Counted from the first letter of the stretch, positions 52,969 through 63,351 are shown. The stretch is 64,000 nucleotides of DNA from Acidobacteriota bacterium (GCA_965205505.1 CBDBHB010000009.1:3008001-3072000); one strand, 5' to 3'. Translations and numbers: made by a program. Notes: generated from the sequence alone by a model not told the origin.

Positions 52969-55341
52969 TCAGGCCATCGAGTCCAACACCGCGTCAAGCG
53001 TCGCCACTAGCCGCTCCGCATGACTCGATGCGAAGACGATCGGGGGGCGGATTTTCAACACGTTGCCGTACGGGCCCTCACGTCCCACCAGCACGCCGCG
53101 CTGCCGCAGCTGGTTCACTGCCCGGTGCGCTTCCACCGGCGCCGGCTCTCGTGTGCTTCGGTCGAGCACCAGCTCGACGCCGATGAACAGGCCCGCTCCG
53201 CGCACGTCTCCGATCACCGTGTGACGATGTGACAGCTCTTCCAAGGCCGTACGCAACTCGGCGCCGACACGTTGAGCGTTCTTCTGCAGCTCCTCGACTT
53301 CGATGACCTCGAGGACCGCCGTCGCCGCGGCGCACGACACGGGGTTGCCACCGGTGGTGCTGAAGAACCCGCTGGTCGCCTGGAACTCCTCCGCCAGCTC
53401 TCGGCGGGTCACCACCGCGCCTACGGGGTGACCGTTGCCGATCGGCTTGCCGAACGTGACGATGTCCGGCACGACACCGTCGACCTCGAATCCCCACATG
53501 TGCGCTCCGGTGCGTCCGAAACCGGCCTGAACTTCGTCAGCAACACACAGTCCCCCAGCAGCTCGCACGCGCTCGAAGACACCCGACAGAAACCCGGCCG
53601 GGATGTTGAAGATCCCGTCGCTACTGAGCACCGTGTCGATGAGGAACATCGCTGGCTCGTGACCCTTGTCACGCAGCTTCGCGATGGCCGTGTCGGCGCC
53701 GGCAGCAAACTTCGCTCCGCGATCCTGGTCGTCTCTACGCCATCGACCGCGGTAATCGTCCGGCGGCTCGATGGTCTCCACATAGGCGGCGAGATCATCG
53801 TCGCGGTCTGAGGGCGACAGATCGTGAGTTATCTGGGTCACACCGTGATAGGCGTTGCGCGTCACCAAGGCTCCGCTGTACCCCGTGCAGGTGGCGGCGA
53901 TGCGCCACGCCAGGTCGTTGGCCTCGCTCCCGGACGACACCAGCATGCATACCTCGAGCTCATCGGGCAGGGTGCCCACAAGCCGATCGCCGAACTCGAC
54001 AATGTGCTCGTAGAGGTACCGTGTGTTGGTGTTTAACGTCGCAGCCTGGCGCGCGATCGCACGCACCACGCTCGGATGACAGTGCCCCACCTGCGGGACG
54101 TTGTTGTAGCAATCCAGGTAGGCGGTCTCGTCAGCGTCGTACAGCCACACTCCCTCACCGCGCACCGTGTGGACCGGTGTCTCGTACGAGAGCTCGTAGC
54201 CGCTGCCCAGGCGCGCCACCCGCCGCCGCTGTAGAGTCGTCGTAGCCGTCTCTGCGGGAACGGTAACTGCCGATGGAGATAGCCCGCAGGCACTTCGATA
54301 CAGATGCGCTACTTCTTCATGGCCAGCCGCCTGCATGGCCTCGAGCGAGTTGGCGAGATCTTCCTCGGAGTTGTCGAAGTGATCGCGCTCATCCGGGAAC
54401 GGCTTCCACGACTCGATCGCGAAATACATCGCCAACCGGGTGGCTGCGAGTACCGGTAGCAGCTCGATCTCGAGGGGCTCCAACGGCGTTACCGAGTGAA
54501 ACCCAGCAACGATCCGCGCACCCAGCACCAGCTCGCCCTTGCGTCCGGACGGAATCTCTGCTGCTGCGACAGCGAGATCCTGGACCAGCGGGGCGTGGAT
54601 CACGTCGCCGAAGTCGTACACGCCAGCGACGTTCCATGGACGATCGGCGTCAACCAGTGCGTTGTGGAACGAGACGTCGTTGTGGATGACTTGGGCGCGC
54701 AAGCGCTGCAGCTGAGGCGCCACCGTGCGATCGAATGCCGCGAACGCGGATTCTGCCAATGCTCGATGTCGGTCGTCGGCAATTCCGCTCGCTAGCTCGA
54801 CGATCCGCCCTGCCCGCTTGATATCCCAAGCCAACGGATGGTCTGCGGCCCGATGAAACAGCCCGCGCAGGCCGACGCCGATCTTGGCGGTGACGGCGCC
54901 CAGCGCGTGCATCATGCGCGGATCGTCGGGCGCGTCCCCGACGAGCCTGCCCGGCAGGTAGCTAAGCAACCTGGCGCGGTGTGGGCGTTCCTGGTCGTCG
55001 AGCACTTCAACCCAGGCGGCGCTCGTGTTGCTCTCGAACACACGCGGTACGGGAAGCGCCGGGGCCATCGACGCCAGGCGTCGAAGAACCGTGCACTGAA
55101 GGTCGATCAGCTCGGCAGAATCGGCCCGGTTGCCAATCTTGAGGACGCGTCTGCCATCGGCGCCGCTGAGCAAGAAGTTCTGGTCGCGCTCCCCACCGAG
55201 CGCTGCGGCTTCTCCCACGAACCCGAAGTCCTCAGCCGCAATTGCAGCTGCATCGGTCGAATTGAACTCCGGCGGCGCCACCGACAAACAGCGCAGAAGC
55301 TCATCGAGGCCCGGTTCTGGGGTCGATTCGGGAAAGAGCAT
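52969..55341 (-). CDS. APH-like phosphotransferase fused to class III aminotransferase fold (hydroxylysine kinase / phospho-lyase-like)
   Basis: GERDQNF, VIHND, YDFGD; YLDCYNNV, DEVQAGFGR, TFGKPIGNG. Confidence 0.9.
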   Translation of the reverse strand: MLFPESTPEPGLDELLRCLSVAPPEFNSTDAAAIAAEDFGFVGEAAALGGERDQNFLLSGADGRRVLKIGNRADSAELIDLQCTVLRRLASMAPALPVPRVFESNTSAAWVEVLDDQERPHRARLLSYLPGRLVGDAPDDPRMMHALGAVTAKIGVGLRGLFHRAADHPLAWDIKRAGRIVELASGIADDRHRALAESAFAAFDRTVAPQLQRLRAQVIHNDVSFHNALVDADRPWNVAGVYDFGDVIHAPLVQDLAVAAAEIPSGRKGELVLGARIVAGFHSVTPLEPLEIELLPVLAATRLAMYFAIESWKPFPDERDHFDNSEEDLANSLEAMQAAGHEEVAHLYRSACGLSPSAVTVPAETATTTLQRRRVARLGSGYELSYETPVHTVRGEGVWLYDADETAYLDCYNNVPQVGHCHPSVVRAIARQAATLNTNTRYLYEHIVEFGDRLVGTLPDELEVCMLVSSGSEANDLAWRIAATCTGYSGALVTRNAYHGVTQITHDLSPSDRDDDLAAYVETIEPPDDYRGRWRRDDQDRGAKFAAGADTAIAKLRDKGHEPAMFLIDTVLSSDGIFNIPAGFLSGVFERVRAAGGLCVADEVQAGFGRTGAHMWGFEVDGVVPDIVTFGKPIGNGHPVGAVVTRRELAEEFQATSGFFSTTGGNPVSCAAATAVLEVIEVEELQKNAQRVGAELRTALEELSHRHTVIGDVRGAGLFIGVELVLDRSTREPAPVEAHRAVNQLRQRGVLVGREGPYGNVLKIRPPIVFASSHAERLVATLDAVLDSMA

Positions 55342-55443
55342 CCAGTGTACCGAGACGCCCGTGCGGGGCGTCGCCTAGCAATGCGTGGTGAAGGTGTGTG
55401 GGGTCTGGTTCCGGCGACTCGGGGTCTGATGATAGGCAGCCCG

Positions 55444-56499
55444 CTAGCTCCTCAGGCCATCCACGTAGCCGAGGTTGGCCTCGCTGACCGTCTCGGCATC
55501 GCCGAGAGAATAGTGCTTCGACATGTCCGGTGAGTACCGGCTGGCGGGCGGTTGGCGTCCGAGTGCTTCGGCCATGGCACGGACGTGATGGGGCGCGCCC
55601 CCACAGCAGATCCCCAGGTAGCGAATGTCGAGGTCACGTGCCTGGCTGGCAAACTCCGCCATCTCGTAACGGTTGCACATGAACGGATCGAGCGCCACCG
55701 GAAATGGCCGGCTTTCCGGGATGCAATCGCATGCCGGATCGGTTAGTGCCTGGAACGACTCACAGTCGGGGGTCGTCCGATAGGGTACCGGGAGCAACGC
55801 CACATGGCACGAAACCGCAGCGCGGATGCGCTCCCCTACTGGCAGCATGGTTGCTGGACCGCGCGTGCAGTTGAGACCCACGACGTCCGCTCCCGCTTGT
55901 TCGAGCCGTTGCGCCGCCTCCTCGACGGTTACGTCGTCGCGCAGTCGCGGATCCTCGTGTAGTGCCAAAGTGATTAAAGCAGGCACGCCGGCCGCCTTGA
56001 TGGCGCTGGCCGCCAGCTCGGCCTCGCCGCAGTACGGGAACGTCTCGCCGATGATGAAATCCACGCCCGCCTCGACAGCCCATTCGATCTGCTCGTCGAA
56101 CATGGCCCGCACCTCGGATTCCGAGCCCGCGTCGACCCACAGGTTCGTGTTGCAGATGTTGCCGGCGACGAGCGGTGGGTTGGCAGGGAACTCCGATGCC
56201 ACCTCGAACGCCAGCGCCAGCGCCTGACTCTGCATGGGCTCCAGCAGGCCCTCCTTGCCGATGCTGCGCAGCTTCTCACGATGCGCATAGTAGGTCAGCG
56301 CCTCGATCACGTCGGAGCCAGCGCGCACGAACTCGCGATGCAACTGCTTCACCGAATCCGGAAATTCCAGAACCACCTCCGGCACGAAGGCGCCCGCCTG
56401 CAGATATCCGCGACGCTCGAGCTCGAACAGGTAGCCCTCGGCGCAGATTACGACCCCGGCATCGAGCTGCTCGACTAGCCCTTTCTTCGCATTGCTCAT
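55444..56499 (-). CDS. Homocysteine S-methyltransferase, BHMT-like
   Basis: FELERRGY, HREFVRAGSDV, GLNC, GICCG Zn ligands, PFPVALDP. Confidence 0.88.
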   Translation of the reverse strand: MSNAKKGLVEQLDAGVVICAEGYLFELERRGYLQAGAFVPEVVLEFPDSVKQLHREFVRAGSDVIEALTYYAHREKLRSIGKEGLLEPMQSQALALAFEVASEFPANPPLVAGNICNTNLWVDAGSESEVRAMFDEQIEWAVEAGVDFIIGETFPYCGEAELAASAIKAAGVPALITLALHEDPRLRDDVTVEEAAQRLEQAGADVVGLNCTRGPATMLPVGERIRAAVSCHVALLPVPYRTTPDCESFQALTDPACDCIPESRPFPVALDPFMCNRYEMAEFASQARDLDIRYLGICCGGAPHHVRAMAEALGRQPPASRYSPDMSKHYSLGDAETVSEANLGYVDGLRS

Positions 56500-56701
56500 G
56501 TCACGCTCTTCCGGTTCCGACCTGCGCCACGCATACCCGTGTCGTGGAGTTGAGAGCGGCTGCACAGAGGGTACATGCAGTTGCGAAGTAGGCCGGCTCA
56601 CGGATCTTGGTCGACCCTCTTACCGACTTGGCGAGGCTGCCAGAAACCCGGCCAACATCGAAAAGGGCGGTGGGCTAGAATGCCCCGCTTGGGAGGAGTC
56701 C

Positions 56702-58000
56702 ATGTCGCTGCTGGCCGGCCGTATCGCAACCCTGGGAACCGAGAACGCCTTCAGGCTGGGTGCCGATATCCAGCGCTGTGTCGAGCGGGGAATGGAGGTC
56801 ATCAAGTTCAATCTGGGCGAACCTGACTTCGACAGCGCCGCGCACATCAACCGCGAGGCGATCGCGCAGATCGAGGCGGGGAACTCGCACTACTGCGACC
56901 CGGCCGGATTACTGGGCTTGCGCGAGACCATCGCACGGCACGTCTCGGCGACGCGCGAGATCGAGGTCGATCCCGGTCGGGTGGTGGTGACCACCGGCGG
57001 CAAGCCACCGATCGGCTACACCTTTCAGACCTATGTCGACCCTGGCGACGAGATCATCTACCCGAGTCCCGGGTTTCCGATCTACGAGTCGTGGGTCACG
57101 TTTGTCGGTGCCGTTCCGGTACCGCTGCAACTCTCCGAGGACTCCGGCTTCGGCTTTACCGCCGATGAGTTGGCGGCGCTGATCACCGAGCGCACCAAGC
57201 TGATCATCCTCTGCTCGCCGTCGAACCCGACCGGCGGCGTGGTCGCCGGGAAAGACCTTGGCGAGATCGCGGCGGTGATTCGTGAGCGCTGTCGCCCCGA
57301 GGTCAGAATCTACTCCGACGAGATCTACGAGCACATTCTGTTCGATGGCGAGACCCACCACAGCATCGTCTCCCATTCCCAGATGCCAGAGCGGACCGTC
57401 CTGGTGAGCGGCCACTCGAAAGGCTTCGCGATGACCGGATGGCGACTCGGCTTCGCCGTGCTGCCGACCCTCGAGGAGGCGGCGATCTTCAAACAGCTCA
57501 ACATCAACATTGTTTCCTGCGTGCCGGCGTTCATCCAGGAGGCCGGCCGCGAGGCCTTCGAAAACCCCGCATCCGAGCGCACGGTGAGCGAGATGGTGAG
57601 CGCCTTCGAAAGGCGCCGTGACTGGGTTGTCCCGGCGCTAAACGGCATCAGCGGCTTTCGATGCCAGAATCCGAAGGGCGCCTTCTATGTGTTCCCGAAC
57701 GTCGCCGGAGCCTGTGAGCGTCTGGGCGTCCTCGAGGCCTATGCGGGCATGGCGCCCGAGGTTCGTGCGCGGACCAGCCCATCGGGGATGTTGCAGATGT
57801 TCTTGCTCTACCGCCACGGCGTGGCGACGATGGATCGTCCGTCCTTCGGCCACGTAGGCGCTGAGGGTCAACATTTCTTGCGGCTCTCGATCGCCGCCGG
57901 GATGGAGGAGATCAAGCGTGGCGTGGCTTGGATCGCCGCCGCGGTCGAGGATCGGGAGGGCTTCGGGGAGTTTCTCGAGGCAGAGCACCTATGGGACTGA
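56702..58000 (+). CDS. Class I/II PLP aminotransferase (AspAT-like)
   Basis: GEPDF, PSNPTG, SDEIY, SKGFAMTGWRLG. Confidence 0.92.
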   Translation: MSLLAGRIATLGTENAFRLGADIQRCVERGMEVIKFNLGEPDFDSAAHINREAIAQIEAGNSHYCDPAGLLGLRETIARHVSATREIEVDPGRVVVTTGGKPPIGYTFQTYVDPGDEIIYPSPGFPIYESWVTFVGAVPVPLQLSEDSGFGFTADELAALITERTKLIILCSPSNPTGGVVAGKDLGEIAAVIRERCRPEVRIYSDEIYEHILFDGETHHSIVSHSQMPERTVLVSGHSKGFAMTGWRLGFAVLPTLEEAAIFKQLNINIVSCVPAFIQEAGREAFENPASERTVSEMVSAFERRRDWVVPALNGISGFRCQNPKGAFYVFPNVAGACERLGVLEAYAGMAPEVRARTSPSGMLQMFLLYRHGVATMDRPSFGHVGAEGQHFLRLSIAAGMEEIKRGVAWIAAAVEDREGFGEFLEAEHLWD

Positions 58001-58034
58001 GTCACGCGCTACAGCGCCCAAGCAGTGGCGCCGC

Positions 58035-59069
58035 ATGAGCGCTCCCAGGATCTTCGTCACCCGCAAGATGCCCGCGTCGGGAATGGAGGTCCTCGCCGAC
58101 TCGGAAGCCACGATCACGGTCTGCCAGGAGATCGAAGACGAGGGCGTGAGCCGGGTGGACCTGATCGAGGGGGTACGCAATTGCGACGTGCTCGTGTCGC
58201 TGCTGACCGAGATGGTGGACCGCGACCTGATGATGGCCAACGAGGGTCTGCTTGGCGTCGCCAACATGGCTGTGGGCTTCAACAACATCGACATCGCGGC
58301 CGCCACCGAGTTGGGAATCCCGGTATCCAACACCCCGGGCGTGCTGACCGATACCACCGCGGACCTCGCCTGGGCGCTGATCCTCGCGGTGGCACGGCGG
58401 GTTCCCGAGGCCCATAACTACATGGTCGAAGGGCGATACAAGATCTGGGGGCCGAACCTTTTCCTCGGTGGGGACATCGGTCCGGGCGCGAGCGGCGTGC
58501 GCAAGGTGCTGGGGCTGGTGGGGTACGGCCGGATCGGCGCGGCGGTGGCCAAGCGGGCGCTCGGATTCGACATGGACGTGCTGGCCTTCGATCCCTTTGC
58601 GCGGCAGGCGATCGACGAGTCGGAGTGGGCCAGCTGGGCCGACCTCGAGGAGCTGCTCGAGCGAAGCGATTTCGTCAGCTTGCACCCGCTGCTGACCGAC
58701 CAGACCCGCCACATGATCGGCGCGGCGGAACTGCGTCAGATGAAGTCGACCGCCTATCTGGTCAACACCTCGCGAGGCCCGGTGATTGACGAGGCGGCTC
58801 TGGTGTCGGCGCTTCGCGAGCAGTGGATCGCCGGCGCCGGCCTCGACGTCTACGAGAGCGAGCCGGCGATGGCGCCAGGCCTCAGCGAGCTCCCCAACGT
58901 GGTGCTGCTCCCGCACATCGCCAGTGCCTCGCGGGACACCCGCGGCAAGATGAGCACCATGGCGGCGACCAACGCCCTCGCCCATCTACGCCGCCAGCGG
59001 GCCGCCAACCCGGTCAACCCCGAAGTCTACGACACCTCGGCCTATCGCCGGCGCACGGACGGCGGCTGA
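58035..59069 (+). CDS. D-2-hydroxyacid (D-glycerate/glyoxylate) dehydrogenase
   Basis: NTPGVLTDTTAD, GYGRIG, NTSRG, GLDVYESEP, PHIAS. Confidence 0.93.
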   Translation: MSAPRIFVTRKMPASGMEVLADSEATITVCQEIEDEGVSRVDLIEGVRNCDVLVSLLTEMVDRDLMMANEGLLGVANMAVGFNNIDIAAATELGIPVSNTPGVLTDTTADLAWALILAVARRVPEAHNYMVEGRYKIWGPNLFLGGDIGPGASGVRKVLGLVGYGRIGAAVAKRALGFDMDVLAFDPFARQAIDESEWASWADLEELLERSDFVSLHPLLTDQTRHMIGAAELRQMKSTAYLVNTSRGPVIDEAALVSALREQWIAGAGLDVYESEPAMAPGLSELPNVVLLPHIASASRDTRGKMSTMAATNALAHLRRQRAANPVNPEVYDTSAYRRRTDGG

Positions 59070-59097
59070 TCTGAGCTTGTGGCAGAGTGCGGTTGAG

Positions 59098-60024
59098 ATG
59101 GAAACGCGCGTATTCGCACCTGCCACGATTTCCAACATAGGCCCGGGATTCGACGTGCTCGGTTTGGCACTCGATGCCCCCGGCGACACGATCACGGCTC
59201 GCCTGAACCCCCGCGGGCCGCGCGGCGTGAGCATTGTCGCGATCCGCGGCGACGGTGGATCTCTGCCTGTTGATACGCGCACGAACACCGCAGGAGTAGC
59301 GGCGATGGCTACTCTGAAACGTATTGAGCTGGACGGCAGCGTCGAGATCGAGATCGACAAAGGACTGCCTATCGGAACGGGAATCGGTAGCTCCGCGGCC
59401 AGCGCCGCCGCGGCCGCCTTCGCGGTCAACGTGTTGTTCGGATCTCCGCTCACCACCCGCGAGTTAGTGGGTCCGTGCATCGAGGCGGAGACCGCAGTCT
59501 CCGGCCGACACGGCGACAACGTTGCGCCCGCATTGATGGGCGGTCTTGTCCTTGTCCGGTCGATCGACCCGATCGACGTCGTGCGTGTCCCGGTGCCCGC
59601 TGGATTGTTCGTAGCTTGCACGACCCCCGCAGTCGAGCTTTCGACGCGCCGGGCACGCGAGGTGCTCCCACGTCAGGTATCGCTGCAGGACATGGTCGGC
59701 AATGGCGCCAACCTAGCGGCGCTGGTAAGCGCCTGCCACTCCGGCGATCTCGATCTGCTGGGCGCGTGCATCACCGACGATATCGTCGGTCCAACTCGCG
59801 CCGAGCTCATCCCCGGGAGCCGTGAGGCGATGCGGGCAGCCGATGAAGTGGGCGCGATCGGCAGCTCGATCAGCGGTGGAGGCCCCAGCATCATGGCACT
59901 CTGTGGATCGGAGGTAGAAGCGGAGCGCGCTGGCGCCGCGATGGCGGCTGCGTTCGAAGCCGCGGGGCTGGCGTCTTCTACTCACGTCTCCCCGGCGGAC
60001 TGCCCCGGCGCCCGGGTGATCTGA
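59098..60024 (+). CDS. thrB: Homoserine kinase (GHMP)
   Basis: PATISNIGPGFDVLG, PIGTGIGSSAAS, HGDNVAP, ISGGGPS. Confidence 0.93.
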   Translation: METRVFAPATISNIGPGFDVLGLALDAPGDTITARLNPRGPRGVSIVAIRGDGGSLPVDTRTNTAGVAAMATLKRIELDGSVEIEIDKGLPIGTGIGSSAASAAAAAFAVNVLFGSPLTTRELVGPCIEAETAVSGRHGDNVAPALMGGLVLVRSIDPIDVVRVPVPAGLFVACTTPAVELSTRRAREVLPRQVSLQDMVGNGANLAALVSACHSGDLDLLGACITDDIVGPTRAELIPGSREAMRAADEVGAIGSSISGGGPSIMALCGSEVEAERAGAAMAAAFEAAGLASSTHVSPADCPGARVI

Positions 60025-60038
60025 ACGAGGCATCTCGC

Positions 60039-61334
60039 ATGTGCGCTGACGCAATCCCGTGGAAGCTGCGATGCGTGGAGACCGGCGCCACCTATCCAGG
60101 ACTGGAGGTGCGCTATCGGTCCGACATCGGGGAGACACTCGACGTCATACACGACTTTGCTGCCGCCGAGACGATCGATCTCGACACCTTCGATCGCCGG
60201 CGGGGGTCGAAGCAGCCCGCCGACCGTTCCGGCGTGTGGCGCTTCCGCGAGCTGATCCTACCCGTCGGCGCGGACGCGCCGGTCACCAAGCCAGAAGGCA
60301 ATACCAACTTGTACTACTCGGATGCAATCGCCCGCTACGTCGGCCTGGATTCATTCGGTCTGAAGCACGAGGGCGAGAATCCCACCGGCTCGTTCAAGGA
60401 CCGCGGCATGACCGTTGGGGTGACGGTTGCCAAGATGCTCGGCATGCGTCGTGTCGCCTGTGCCTCAACCGGCAATACGTCGGCCTCGATGGCCGCCTAT
60501 GCCGCGCAGGCCGGCATGCAGGCCTTGGTCTTCGTTCCAGACGGAAAGATCGCCTACGGCAAGCTCTCACAGGCGCTCGCCTACGGAGCCACCACGATCC
60601 AGCTGGCCGGTGACTTCGATCGCGCCATGGAGCTCGTGCAGGAAGTGTGCGCGAGCGAGGGCATCTACCTACTCAACTCGGTCAATCCGTTCCGCATCGA
60701 GGGCCAAAAGGCGATCGGCTTCGAGCTGCTACAGGATCTGCACTGGGCCGTGCCCGACTGGATTGTGCTTCCCGGCGGCAATCTCGGCAACAACGCCGCC
60801 CTGTCGAAGGGCATGATGGAGCTGCGCGATCTCGGCCTCATCGACCGGCTACCGCGCATTGCGGTGATCCAGGCGGCCGGTGCCAATCCGCTGTATCGCG
60901 CCTTCCGAAACGGAACCCCGGTGGAACCGCTCGCCAAGCCCGAGACGCTCGCCACGGCGATTCGCATCGGCAACCCGGTGTCGTGGCGAAAGAGCCAGCG
61001 CGGCATCGCTGCTTGTGACGGCGCGGTCGAGGAAGTGACAGATCAGGAGATCCTCGACGCCAAGGCCCAGGTGGACGCAGCCGGCATCGGCGCGGAACCT
61101 GCCTCGTGCACCACCGTCGCGGGAGCCCGCAAGCTGGTAGCTGCCGGTGTTATCGACCCCGCCGACAGCGTTTGCGGCATCCTCACAGGGCACCTGCTGA
61201 AGGACTCCGATACGGTGATCGGCTATCACCGCGGGGAGCTCGAGGGGTTCGACTCGCGCTTCGCCAACGCCCCGATTCGCGCCCCCGCTGAGATCGGGGC
61301 GATCGTCGATCTGGTGCGGTCAGTGGAGCCCTAG
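60039..61334 (+). CDS. thrC: Threonine synthase
   Basis: NPTGSFKDRG, CASTGNTSAS, NSVNPFRIEGQK, TAIRIGNP, LTGHLLKD. Confidence 0.95.
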   Translation: MCADAIPWKLRCVETGATYPGLEVRYRSDIGETLDVIHDFAAAETIDLDTFDRRRGSKQPADRSGVWRFRELILPVGADAPVTKPEGNTNLYYSDAIARYVGLDSFGLKHEGENPTGSFKDRGMTVGVTVAKMLGMRRVACASTGNTSASMAAYAAQAGMQALVFVPDGKIAYGKLSQALAYGATTIQLAGDFDRAMELVQEVCASEGIYLLNSVNPFRIEGQKAIGFELLQDLHWAVPDWIVLPGGNLGNNAALSKGMMELRDLGLIDRLPRIAVIQAAGANPLYRAFRNGTPVEPLAKPETLATAIRIGNPVSWRKSQRGIAACDGAVEEVTDQEILDAKAQVDAAGIGAEPASCTTVAGARKLVAAGVIDPADSVCGILTGHLLKDSDTVIGYHRGELEGFDSRFANAPIRAPAEIGAIVDLVRSVEP

Positions 61335-61354
61335 AGACGCGCTGGTGGTCGCGT

Positions 61355-62413
61355 TCAATCGCCCAGCCGCGCGAGGATCGCCTGCACGATCTCATCTACT
61401 CCGTCCAGCAGCGGAAAGGCGACCGGCAGGTCGAAACGATCGGCGAGGTTGCCGCGTAGGTCATCGCACTGCTCCGCGGACAGGCCGTCGTGATTCAGGG
61501 TCAGCGCCAACACTCGCGCGCCCAGCAGACGTATTAGCTCGATCTCCTCTTCCAGGGGCGGTATGGGACCGCCGGCTTCGCCGAGCCCGTCGAACGATGG
61601 GCGTCCCGGCGCATGCTGCAGCACCACCCCCGTGGCGGCGCCGGAGATGATGAGCTCCGAGCCACACGGACCGCTCGGGTTGCGGAGGGCCGACTGACCT
61701 TCGAGCAGGATCACGTCGGGCTGTTCCTCCCGGTCACAGTCGACGATGACGCGCTCCAGCTCACCGGAGACGAAGTCGTTGAGGGTGGCGTCGAGGATGA
61801 AGCCGTGCTTCTGACCCGACAGCCAGCCCGTTTGCCCGGTATAGACCATCTCGGCCTTCGTACCCGCAGCACACAGAGACTTCATCAGCAAAGCGGTTGT
61901 GGTGCGCTTGCCGAGGGCGCAATCGGTTCCCAGCACGGCGATCCGCGGAGCCCGAACCTGTCGAATCTTCCCCTCCCAGAAGTGAAGATCCGGGGTCGGG
62001 CGCGGCTTGCGGATATCGAGGATCCTGGCGCCGCCGGACGACGCGGCGGCTACAATCTCAGCGTCGTCTTCGAGGAAACGGTGCAGGCCGCTCACCAGCG
62101 AGATACCGGCCTGCGCCGCAGTTAGCAGGGACGCACGCAAGTCCGACGGAATCACCCCTCCGTCGGTGGCGATGCCGATAACGCAGAAGCCCGGCCGAGA
62201 CGGCAGCTTGTCGAGCGACTCGGACACCGACCGGAAGACCGGAATGTCGCGCTTCTGTCCGTCCAGCAATTCGCCCGCATCGGCGCCGGCGCAGCTCGCG
62301 TCGATGACTCCGACGATCGCGTACCGGCTTGGGCCACGGACAAGGCCATGAGCGGTCTTTGCCCAGGCCGTTTCGAACAGGTCGTTCGCCAACAAGATCG
62401 CAGTCTGGCTCAA
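61355..62413 (-). CDS. DUF1611 P-loop protein (DgcN-like)
   Basis: AKTAHGL, GTDCALGKRTT, TGQTG, DFVSGELE, EGQ. Start is uncertain (TTG). Confidence 0.88.
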   Translation of the reverse strand: MSQTAILLANDLFETAWAKTAHGLVRGPSRYAIVGVIDASCAGADAGELLDGQKRDIPVFRSVSESLDKLPSRPGFCVIGIATDGGVIPSDLRASLLTAAQAGISLVSGLHRFLEDDAEIVAAASSGGARILDIRKPRPTPDLHFWEGKIRQVRAPRIAVLGTDCALGKRTTTALLMKSLCAAGTKAEMVYTGQTGWLSGQKHGFILDATLNDFVSGELERVIVDCDREEQPDVILLEGQSALRNPSGPCGSELIISGAATGVVLQHAPGRPSFDGLGEAGGPIPPLEEEIELIRLLGARVLALTLNHDGLSAEQCDDLRGNLADRFDLPVAFPLLDGVDEIVQAILARLGD

Positions 62414-62488
62414 CGCATTGACTCCCCTGCTCGTCGATCGCGCCCGCATGCGATCATTCCCCCCGTCCACTATCATGGAGGCATTCGT

Positions 62489-63322
62489 ATGAATCCCGCA
62501 GAACAGGATCAAGGCTCGTGCCGCGCGTCGGCCCCGACGACCCTGGTGAATCTCGAACTGTACCCGATAGATAAGCTGTCGTCGGAAGAGGGGCGGACCC
62601 TGGTTCGCCGCTGCCGCGAACAGCTGGACGAAGACGGCGTGTGCCTACTGCCAGACTTTCTTGCGCCGCAGGTCGCCCCGCTCATGGCGGCGCAGGTCGA
62701 CGAGGTCGTGGGTGAGAGCTATCGCTGCGACACGACGCACAACGTGTATCTCGAGCCCGACGACGACGCCTTCCTGCCGGAGCATCCCCGGCGGCAGCCC
62801 CAACGAACGCATTTGAGGTCGGTTGCCTACGATCAGATCGTCGAAAGCCATGATCTCCGCGCCCTCTACGAGTGGGATCTGCTTACCGAGTTCGTCGCGG
62901 CTACGACCTCCAACGCGCCGATATTCCGTATGGGTGATCCGCTCGCCGCTTTGACCATCAACGTGATGGGCGAGGGACAGCATCACGGATGGCATTTCGA
63001 CGAGTCGGAGACCACGATCACACTCATGCTGCAGGCTCCGCTCCTGGGAGGTGAGTTCGAGTATGTTGCGCGGCTGCGCCGACCCGACGGCGAAGAGTAC
63101 GAGGCCGTGGGGCAGATCCTCGCCGGCGACACGCAAGCTGTTAGCAGGCTCGAGGTGTCGCCGGGAACGTTGATGATGTTCGAAGGCCACGAGGCGCTCC
63201 ACCGTGTCTCACCGGTGGTCGGCAGTACTGCTCGATACGTCGCGGTCCTGTGCTACAAGAGCGAGCCCGGTGTATGCAACAGCGCGGAAGTGCAGCAACT
63301 CTTTTACGGGCGCACTGCCTAG
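62489..63322 (+). CDS. Fe(II)/2OG oxygenase, BesD/HalD-like, hydroxylase-type HxD motif
   Basis: HGWHFD, GGEFEY, FEG..ALHRVSPV, R..AVL. Confidence 0.8.
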   Translation: MNPAEQDQGSCRASAPTTLVNLELYPIDKLSSEEGRTLVRRCREQLDEDGVCLLPDFLAPQVAPLMAAQVDEVVGESYRCDTTHNVYLEPDDDAFLPEHPRRQPQRTHLRSVAYDQIVESHDLRALYEWDLLTEFVAATTSNAPIFRMGDPLAALTINVMGEGQHHGWHFDESETTITLMLQAPLLGGEFEYVARLRRPDGEEYEAVGQILAGDTQAVSRLEVSPGTLMMFEGHEALHRVSPVVGSTARYVAVLCYKSEPGVCNSAEVQQLFYGRTA

Positions 63323-63351
63323 GCGACGCGGCGCTCGCCCGAACTTCCCTG

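Noticed and set aside
58002-58985. Long antisense ORFs (also 3621-4445, 16123-17067, 29436-30302, 34407-35351, 49204-49968)
   Set aside because: Shadow frames of well-supported genes in GC-rich DNA, with no recognisable motifs.
62489-63322. BesD-type halogenase
   Set aside because: The motif is HFD with the Asp retained; halogenases have HxG or HxA.
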